64,000 bases of DNA, taken from the NCBI GenBank assembly GCA_963662585.1, contig OY759729.1:2464001-2528000 (forward strand), written 5' to 3'. The position numbers were made by a program, and so were the translations under genes. Numbering within the stretch: position 1 is the first letter of the stretch; each line of letters begins with the position of its first letter. The DNA is from Candidatus Cloacimonadales bacterium (lineage in GTDB: Bacteria > Cloacimonadota > Cloacimonadia > Cloacimonadales > JAFGVF01). The notes beneath the pieces are model-generated. The model ran no database searches. It worked only from the letters and a program-made list of their open reading frames with translations, and was not told the DNA's origin. Shown piece after piece: positions 30,216-37,873 of this stretch.

Positions 30216-32642
30216 TCAAACTCCTTGTTCAATCAGCATCTTCTCAATAAAGAAGCGTAAGTTAGTTTCCACAAAGCCAATAGAAGTATCCGCTGCTCCA
30301 TAATAAAGGAAGAGGTCGCTATCATCGTTTACGAATCCTTGATTATCATAATCGAGGGCAATCAATCCAGTAGGGAATACAACATTGGGAACTTGTCCGA
30401 CGCATTCATAGCTTTCTCTTGGTTCGAGGAAGTTGTATTTAGAGCGGAAGATTACCTTAGCTGGGTTTTCTAAGTCTAGGAAAGAGAATCCTGCTTGATA
30501 GATATTGCTAGAAGCGAAATGGGTAGCGACTCCATGATAGATATGAAGCCAACCGTAGCGAGTTTTGATAGGAATAGGACCCGAGCCGATGAGTTCATCC
30601 CAGTAGTGAGGATTACCAGTCATGACAAGTTGCTGATTATCCCACTTGAGCAGGTCATCAGAATAGGAGAGATAGATGGAAGAACCTGTTTTTGTACCGT
30701 TCTGCAAGACCCTTTTATTTGGTCTTTCTAAGCGAGCAAATCTGCCATTTATTTTCTCTGGGAAGATTACACCATTCCTTACATCAGCATCTGAGACTAA
30801 TCCTTGAAAGTTAAGGCTTTTCAAATCTTCTGTAGTGAAGAGTCCCAGAAAGCAACCATCGGAAGTATCGATAGCAGTCATGACTAGTATTTTATTATCA
30901 AGATAAGTCAAGCGAGGGTCGTAAATATGGTAAATAATAGACTTTACTTTATCTAATCCTGTAAGCATAAGAGGCTCATTATCAATAGTAAAGTCTTTGC
31001 CATTATCACTTTCAGCTCTTACTAAAAGGCTTTCTCTTCCTCTGTTTTGGACTCTCATCAGCAGATAGAATTTATCATCTATTCTGATAGCTCCTGGATT
31101 GAAGACAGAGGAAACATCGGTAAGTTGGGGTAAATCAGAGCAGATATCTTCCCTAGTAATAAGTTCTTCTTTGATGAATTTATTATTATTGTCTAGATTG
31201 CTTGTAGAATAGTTTATATAGAGTTGGTCATAATAGCTAAGGAATCTTTTCAGATAGATAAGGAAGCGATTATAGTCTTTATTTTTGTGAGGAGTCCAGC
31301 AATTTTCAGCCAGAGCAATGATTCTAGGAAAAGCCATATATTCAAGTTTAGTCAGGGTTTCTATTCTCTCCGTCCAAATATTAGCTTGCATCCCTAGCAT
31401 TTTATCAGAGTGAAGAGCAGGGTAGTCATAATTATAAATATCAGCCAAAGAAGATACTCCAAAAGCCCCCATTTCATCTGGATTATGGCTCTGTTTCCAG
31501 TCCAAGTAGTAAGGGTGATTTGGGGTAAGAATATAGTTTAATCCTTGCCTATTAGCCTTAGCTACAGCATCTTTTGCATCTCCTCTCCAGCACATAAGGA
31601 TAGAATCAGCAGGACAAGTAGAATCAGCAATTTCATCCCAACCAATCAATCTTTTATTATGCTTTTTAAGAAGATTATCTAGGAAATTGGTAATCTCTGC
31701 TTGTAAATCTCGGTAGGAATTATATCCTTTTTCCTCCATTAATTTAGTGCAAGAAGGGCAATTTTCCCATTGAGAAGTTGGGCATTCATCACCACCAATA
31801 TGAAAATAGGGAGCAGGAAAGAGGGGAATAATCTCTTCTAAAAGTTCTTCAAGAAAAGAATAGACTTGAGGCTTGGAGGCAGAAAGAATCTGTTGAGAAA
31901 CTCCCCATTCATTCCACACTTGACAAGTCTCTAGTGAACAGGATAATTCTGGATAAGCAGCCAAAATAGCTTGAGTATGACCAGGTAAATCAATTTCAGG
32001 AATTACCATAATCTTCTTTTCTTGGGCAAAATTAACCACCTGAATAATCTCTTCTTGACTATAAAATCCACCATAAAGGCTTCCATCCTGCTCTGTTCGA
32101 ACTGAGGCTATTGTGGTGAGTTTGGGGTATTTAAAAGACTCGATTCTCCAACCTTGGTCATCACTCAGATGCCAATGAAAGCGATTCAACTTGAGTTCAG
32201 CCATTCTTTCAAGCAGGACAAAAATCTCTTCAATAGGGAAGAAGTGTCTGCTCACATCTAGATGAATCCCACGCCAGGCATAGGCAGGATAATCCTCAAT
32301 TATTAAGGGAAATAATCGGCCTTGATGAAAATAAAGAAGCTGTTTAAGAGTCTGAAGACCATAAAAGAGTCCTGTCTCTGAAGCAACTTCCAGCCTGATG
32401 CGAGAATCTTCTATGACTAATTTATAGGACTCCAAAGAAGCTCCTGAACTTGGCAAAATTGCTACTTGCCACTCTTTACTGTCTTGCCTTACTTGAGGAA
32501 CTTTGGTCAATTCTTGCCTAAAAAGGGCAATGAAAGAAGCTTGAGCTTCAAAAGAGCACTTGGATAGGGAAAAGTTGAAATAATCATCAGAAATTACTTG
32601 AACTATGGCAGGATAAGGAATAAGGCTTTTTAACTTTTTCAT
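30216..32642 (-). CDS. Fusion of GH20 beta-N-acetylhexosaminidase and GH130 beta-mannoside phosphorylase/glycosidase
   Basis: GH20 motifs: WRGIHLDVSRHF, HWHLSDDQGWR, PEIDLPGH, HIGGDE. GH130 motifs: VFNPGA, YDPRL, RNGVIFPEKING, IYHGV, GQVPNVVFP, YYGAADT. No signal peptide. Confidence 0.9.
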   Translation of the reverse strand: MKKLKSLIPYPAIVQVISDDYFNFSLSKCSFEAQASFIALFRQELTKVPQVRQDSKEWQVAILPSSGASLESYKLVIEDSRIRLEVASETGLFYGLQTLKQLLYFHQGRLFPLIIEDYPAYAWRGIHLDVSRHFFPIEEIFVLLERMAELKLNRFHWHLSDDQGWRIESFKYPKLTTIASVRTEQDGSLYGGFYSQEEIIQVVNFAQEKKIMVIPEIDLPGHTQAILAAYPELSCSLETCQVWNEWGVSQQILSASKPQVYSFLEELLEEIIPLFPAPYFHIGGDECPTSQWENCPSCTKLMEEKGYNSYRDLQAEITNFLDNLLKKHNKRLIGWDEIADSTCPADSILMCWRGDAKDAVAKANRQGLNYILTPNHPYYLDWKQSHNPDEMGAFGVSSLADIYNYDYPALHSDKMLGMQANIWTERIETLTKLEYMAFPRIIALAENCWTPHKNKDYNRFLIYLKRFLSYYDQLYINYSTSNLDNNNKFIKEELITREDICSDLPQLTDVSSVFNPGAIRIDDKFYLLMRVQNRGRESLLVRAESDNGKDFTIDNEPLMLTGLDKVKSIIYHIYDPRLTYLDNKILVMTAIDTSDGCFLGLFTTEDLKSLNFQGLVSDADVRNGVIFPEKINGRFARLERPNKRVLQNGTKTGSSIYLSYSDDLLKWDNQQLVMTGNPHYWDELIGSGPIPIKTRYGWLHIYHGVATHFASSNIYQAGFSFLDLENPAKVIFRSKYNFLEPRESYECVGQVPNVVFPTGLIALDYDNQGFVNDDSDLFLYYGAADTSIGFVETNLRFFIEKMLIEQGV

Positions 32643-32649
32643 ACTATCT

Positions 32650-35600
32650 CTACTTAGGACTTAATTTTATAGTTTTAATTTCAAAAGGCTTAAATTCCAA
32701 ATGGATACTCTTATTTTCTATTGCTAGCTCATGTTCATTCTCTTCTAACATATTGCATTCAAAAGCTTTACCGTAATTATCTGTAAAGAATAAGTCTGTT
32801 TCTTGAGCAGAAGCTTTTGCTTCATAGATACGCAAAATTATATCATCACCTACTTCAGAAAACTTCACTGTCTGAAGAATTACACAGGCATTTGAAAGAC
32901 TAAAGAGAGAAGATTCATTTACTTCTGGAATAAGATCACTCTCAATAATTACTAGCTTCTGATTAAGGGCGTGAGCCTGCTGGATTACATCACTATTGGC
33001 AAGACTTCCCTGATGAGGATAATAGGCATAAGTGAAGCTATGCTTGCCTAAATCGGCTTCTTTATCAACATCAGCAGGACTTCTCAATAGGTTAATCTCG
33101 AGACTATTATCTTGTACAGAGTGACCATATTTACAATCATTTAAGACTGCGAATCCATGATTGTTATCAGAAATATCTATGAAAGAATGGGCCAAAACCT
33201 CAAACTTAGCATAATCCCAAGATGTGTTCTTGTGAGTTGGTCGCTCTATTAAACCAAACTGAATTTCTGATGTAGCATTCATTGCTTTAATTGCGGGAGA
33301 AGCTCCTACCCTTAACATTTTATGTTCTTCATTCCAATCAACATTATTTTCAATCTCTATTAAAGTAGAATCTTTATAAATGGAAATAATTTGCTTAATC
33401 TCAGAATTACCTATACTCAGTCTTTGATAGATGCTATGTTTAAAATCATTGTTGGTAATTACTTGTCTCTCGATTACAGTTGGAATCTGCGGAGTAGTCT
33501 CGCGATAGAAATGGTTAATATCCCAAGCTCCCCAATTATTAGGTAAATCTTCCCATAGTTTTAAGGAATTTGCAGGACCAAGCAAGAGTTCTTTCTCAGC
33601 TATTTTATCCCAGATTGAGATGATTGCACCAATATCATCAAGTTTAACAATCAGTAATTCATTCTCAAGATCAAAATTGTTACTGATTAAAGGAGTTTCT
33701 TCTTGCTTAACTTCCTCTAATCTATAGACTTTATATCCCATAGAAGGAATTCTTGCCTCGAAATATAAGTTATTGTTCTGATATTGGCTAGGAATCTCAT
33801 CATCATTAGCATAAATTTTATATTCTTGCTCGGTAGGGAATTCAATAACTTGTGTTCTACTATGACTCAAGCTATTGATAATCAGAATGTTATTTGAATT
33901 ATTATCGTTCGTTAGCATCCCTGATGTTAAATTATGTTGAAGTAAATCAAGTTTATCTAAGTTCTTTTCAGAAAGAGCTTTTGCATCTTTATAAACCCAA
34001 GCTATCGATGAACCAGGAATAATATCATGGAATTGATTAAGTAAAATATCTTTCCAAATTTGCTGTAAGTATTGGTTGGTATTCTGATTTACTAAAACGC
34101 TCAAGAATTCAATAAGTTGCATCTTTTGTTCTAACATTCTATTATGTTTCTTCATCAAAGCTTGAGTAGTGTAAGTTCCCCTATGCAGTTCAAAGTAGAG
34201 TTCTCCCTGCCAAAGAGGAAGTTTATCTTTATCAAGTTTTTCTATTTTCTTGATGAAATCATGGGCTGATGAGAATTTAAACTTAGGCACTCCTTCTAAA
34301 TTTTGCTGTCTAATTCCTAATTCAATGTGCTCTTTAGAAGGTCCACCACCACCATCACCAATGCCATAGAGGTTAAGGAAATCATCTGATATATCAGCTT
34401 GAGCAAAGCGATTTTCTGATTCAATAAAGCTCTGAGGTAAATTACTGAAGTTGTAATCGTTAGTAGGAAGGAAGTGACATAGTACTTCTGAACCATCAAT
34501 TCCTTGCCATCGATAAGTGTGATGTGGGAAGGCATTTGTGTCATTCCAAGAGAGTTTCTGTGAGATAAAAGTATTTACCCCGCACTTTTTTAAAATCTGA
34601 GGAAGTGAACCTGTATAGCCAAAGCAGTCAGGTAACCATAAGTAATTTATTATTTTATTAAACTCTTCTTTAAAGAATCTTCTTCCGTAAATACACTGCC
34701 TAATAAGAGATTCTCCAGATGGAATATTGGTATCCATTTCCACCCAAGTAGCACCTTGACATTCCCATTGTAAGCTCTTAACTCTTTCTTTTATTTTTGC
34801 ATAAAGATGAGGATAATCTTCTTTAACAAATTGATATAATTGAGCTTGTGAAGCTCCAAAGATATATTCAGGATATTCTTCCATAAATCTTAAAGCTGTG
34901 GAGAAGGTTCTGCCACACTTTCTACGAGTCTCCCTAATAGGCCAGAGCCAGGCTACATCAATGTGAGCATGTCCGATAGACCAAGCTGTGAGAGAAGAGG
35001 CTTCAGCTGGAAGTGAGAGTAACTCGGTAGTGATTTCTAAGCAGGCATCTTTGTTTCTACCATCATTCCAGAGATTGCAGGCTTGATTCAAACCATAAAG
35101 AATTCTCTTCTTTCGTGGTTTTTTATCAGGTAAAGCTTCCCAAAGTGAGAAGAGAGTTCTGATATCCATCCAGAGTTCATAAGCTTGGGCATCAAAGACA
35201 ACTATATCAGCTTTTTCTAATTTATACTCTTTCTTATCTTCACCAAAAAGACCATTTGCTCCTGTCTCTATAAGTAACTCTATTTCTTCATTACCTTTAG
35301 AACTGTGGAATAGAGGCACAAAGTACTTTCCAGCTTGTAAATTCCAATCTATCTTATTAGTTAAACCTTGATGAGGAACTCCATCTACGAAGAGGCAAGC
35401 CTCACCTTGAACATCAAGCCAAGCACCAACAAAGGTATTAGTCATTATTGAAGGGACTTTTCCTGTGAATTTGAACCAACCACATCCCCAAAGATCAGCC
35501 CATTTCTCGCCAACTTCTATCTTCTTCCATTGGTAATTATTAATTTCAGAATGGGGAATAGGTTTCTCTGCATCATAGATATATTCCGCTTTTAGCTTGA

Positions 35601-35679
35601 TCGGCTGTGAATAGACAAGGTCCCCAACACGCTTAATCCAATGCTGGATTCTCTCTTTATAAATCTTTTCGTTTACCAT
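32650..35679 (-). CDS. GH38 alpha-mannosidase (cytosolic MAN2C1/MngB-like)
   Basis: GHAHIDVAWLWP, LWLPDCFGY, GDGGGGP, ELYFELHRGTYTTQ and NQFHDIIPGSSI motifs. Confidence 0.95.
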   Translation of the reverse strand: MVNEKIYKERIQHWIKRVGDLVYSQPIKLKAEYIYDAEKPIPHSEINNYQWKKIEVGEKWADLWGCGWFKFTGKVPSIMTNTFVGAWLDVQGEACLFVDGVPHQGLTNKIDWNLQAGKYFVPLFHSSKGNEEIELLIETGANGLFGEDKKEYKLEKADIVVFDAQAYELWMDIRTLFSLWEALPDKKPRKKRILYGLNQACNLWNDGRNKDACLEITTELLSLPAEASSLTAWSIGHAHIDVAWLWPIRETRRKCGRTFSTALRFMEEYPEYIFGASQAQLYQFVKEDYPHLYAKIKERVKSLQWECQGATWVEMDTNIPSGESLIRQCIYGRRFFKEEFNKIINYLWLPDCFGYTGSLPQILKKCGVNTFISQKLSWNDTNAFPHHTYRWQGIDGSEVLCHFLPTNDYNFSNLPQSFIESENRFAQADISDDFLNLYGIGDGGGGPSKEHIELGIRQQNLEGVPKFKFSSAHDFIKKIEKLDKDKLPLWQGELYFELHRGTYTTQALMKKHNRMLEQKMQLIEFLSVLVNQNTNQYLQQIWKDILLNQFHDIIPGSSIAWVYKDAKALSEKNLDKLDLLQHNLTSGMLTNDNNSNNILIINSLSHSRTQVIEFPTEQEYKIYANDDEIPSQYQNNNLYFEARIPSMGYKVYRLEEVKQEETPLISNNFDLENELLIVKLDDIGAIISIWDKIAEKELLLGPANSLKLWEDLPNNWGAWDINHFYRETTPQIPTVIERQVITNNDFKHSIYQRLSIGNSEIKQIISIYKDSTLIEIENNVDWNEEHKMLRVGASPAIKAMNATSEIQFGLIERPTHKNTSWDYAKFEVLAHSFIDISDNNHGFAVLNDCKYGHSVQDNSLEINLLRSPADVDKEADLGKHSFTYAYYPHQGSLANSDVIQQAHALNQKLVIIESDLIPEVNESSLFSLSNACVILQTVKFSEVGDDIILRIYEAKASAQETDLFFTDNYGKAFECNMLEENEHELAIENKSIHLEFKPFEIKTIKLSPK

Positions 35680-35729
35680 AATTTATTTTCCTTAAAGTTT
35701 TGTTCTTTCATTGATCATTTCTTCTTCAA

Positions 35730-35883
35730 TGTCCAGTCCTAAATAATTTTACCGATTTTTAGCAATTATTATTTTCTCTATTAAACCCTTACAGGGTTAC
35801 ACGAATATTGGTTTGCCATACCCAGGGTCAATTTTTCTTCTAAAAATGAGACCCTGGGCTATCCTATTTTATCCTTTCAGGAT
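35730..35883. repeat. Multi-hairpin intergenic repeat, copy C
   Basis: Same leader and core as copy B, same orientation. Confidence 0.92.
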
Positions 35884-35959
35884 CTTTTCTTCTGGTGAAA
35901 TTAGCCTGGGAAGGCCTAGCCTTTATGCAAAGACTACTAGATGTATTCATCTTTCTTCA

Positions 35960-35998
35960 AATTTTTAATTCTCAATTCTCAATTCTCAATTTTTAATT
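35960..35998. repeat. 7-bp tandem repeat (AATTCTC/AATTTTT)n
   Basis: AATTTTT-AATTCTC x3-AATTTTT-AATT immediately 3' of the permease stop codon. Confidence 0.8.
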
Positions 35999-36004
35999 TA
36001 AGTC

Positions 36005-37873
36005 CTATTTCTCCATAGGAATAACAATCCCCTCGATAATTATATTCTGGAAGAAGATAAAGACTCCCAATGTTGGTAAGGCTGCGATAACTAAGGCTGC
36101 ATAACCAACTCCACTACTAGCTCTTTGCATTAGTTCATAGATATGAACCATTAAAGTCCACATTGATTGGTCCTGGCAAACTAAAAAAGCAAATAAGAAA
36201 TTTCTATAAGCGGCGTTGAAGGCTCCGAGAGCGATAACAGCCAAGATTGGTTTACTAAGATAGAGGGTGAATTGCCAAAATAATCTAAACTCACCAGCTC
36301 CATCTAAACTTGCGCTTTCATAAAGTTCTCTGGGGAGACTATCAAAGAATCCTTTGAGTAAGAAGATAAAGTAGCCATCAGCTGCTGCAGGTAGCACTAA
36401 AGCCCAGAAAGTATTTAATAGACTTAGATTCTTGAGCATGAGAAAGTTAGGTATTCCCATCACCATAGCCGGGAAAGCCATTGTAAGCATAAACAATAAG
36501 ATAATCTGATAGCTAAAGCGTGGTTTGAATCTACTTAAAGCATAAGCTGCCAGTGGATTAACCGTAATTGCCAAGAATATAGCAAGCATTACATAGATTG
36601 CAGTATTCTGTAATGAACGGGCATCAGATAACATCTGGTCAAGAGCCATGGCATAATTTCTCCACAAGAACTCTTTTCTAATAGCTGACTTCCTTTCTTC
36701 AAAGTTATAATAATCGATATTTTCTGTTGGGAAAGTAATATCTTTAAAAGAGGCGTAATTAGTATTTAATGTGCTGTTTAATTCATTAATAGTCTTAAAC
36801 TTATTTACTAAGAAGTCTCTAAATTCATTGGTAATACTATTAAGATAGAGGTGTTCAGGTAAGGCGACATTCTGGATAAAGTAAGCCAAGTCTTCTACCA
36901 TAGCTCCGCTATCTGGTATGGGATCAGGAATTGAGATATTGCTAAAATCTGTGAAATTACTTTTCCAGGTTTTATTCAAAGTTGTGATTTCATTATATTT
37001 CTCTGCTAACATATTTTGAAAATATTGCTCAGCTTCTAAACTAATGCCTAAGTGTCTGATATTAATCACTCTTTTGGTATAGTGAATCCATTTATCTCTC
37101 AAGAGGTCTCCAATTTCTGGAACACTCCTAGGAATAGGAATATCTGACCATTTTGAATAGTTGCTCCCATTTGCTTGGTTAAAGCTAGCTATATCATCGC
37201 CATATTCTGGAATCAATTCAGAATTAATAAAGGTGCCTTCAGGATTTACGAAGTAGCGCATCCAGAGAGGAGTCTCTTCTTTAAACTCCCTAAATCTCCC
37301 TAAATAACCTGTCTTAGAGCTAACAAAATTTCTTCGATAAATATCTTTCTCTTCTACTACGATTTCTTCCCAGCTTTGAGCTCCAGTATTATATTTTTGA
37401 TTAAATTCAATTAGACTATTATCATTCTCTTTTCTCAGTTCTTTGCGGAATATTCTCTGAGCATAAGGATAAATACCTCGGCCATAATGCTCAGCTACAT
37501 AGTAGTGGTAAGGTGAAGGGGGATTGGCAGTAAGGAATTTATTCCACTCTTGATAGATTTTCTGATTAGGTGAGTCAGGTAAAGACACTTCCGAGAAGGA
37601 TATCCAGCTTCCAGGATAATTATCCATCAATCTACTAGACTCTTCATTATATCGACTTTCAATATATTTTTTGTAGAGTGCTTCATCATTATAGATAAAG
37701 GCAGGAATTAGATGTAAACTCGTGCTATCAACATTGCTTTTAAAGGAGAAGGAAATCATCAAAAGGAAGGGATATATCATGGTTAAAGCACCAATAATCA
37801 AGACCAAATGAATCGAAGAATTAAGAATTCGTACTCTTATACTTTTTCTGCCAACTTTGCCAATTATACTCAT
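36005..37873 (-). CDS. Carbohydrate ABC permease (MalG-like) with a large repetitive periplasmic insert
   Basis: AAYALSRF, FFDSLPRELYESASLDGA (EAA loop) and a C-terminal FQ..IIEG; ~350-aa hydrophilic insert after TM1. Confidence 0.9.
   Translation of the reverse strand: MSIIGKVGRKSIRVRILNSSIHLVLIIGALTMIYPFLLMISFSFKSNVDSTSLHLIPAFIYNDEALYKKYIESRYNEESSRLMDNYPGSWISFSEVSLPDSPNQKIYQEWNKFLTANPPSPYHYYVAEHYGRGIYPYAQRIFRKELRKENDNSLIEFNQKYNTGAQSWEEIVVEEKDIYRRNFVSSKTGYLGRFREFKEETPLWMRYFVNPEGTFINSELIPEYGDDIASFNQANGSNYSKWSDIPIPRSVPEIGDLLRDKWIHYTKRVINIRHLGISLEAEQYFQNMLAEKYNEITTLNKTWKSNFTDFSNISIPDPIPDSGAMVEDLAYFIQNVALPEHLYLNSITNEFRDFLVNKFKTINELNSTLNTNYASFKDITFPTENIDYYNFEERKSAIRKEFLWRNYAMALDQMLSDARSLQNTAIYVMLAIFLAITVNPLAAYALSRFKPRFSYQIILLFMLTMAFPAMVMGIPNFLMLKNLSLLNTFWALVLPAAADGYFIFLLKGFFDSLPRELYESASLDGAGEFRLFWQFTLYLSKPILAVIALGAFNAAYRNFLFAFLVCQDQSMWTLMVHIYELMQRASSGVGYAALVIAALPTLGVFIFFQNIIIEGIVIPMEK

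Noticed and set aside
28465..35883. CRISPR array or integron attC cassette array
   Set aside because: The repeats are >120 bp and kilobases apart, with no spacers, cas genes or integrase. The genes between them form a coherent catabolic operon.
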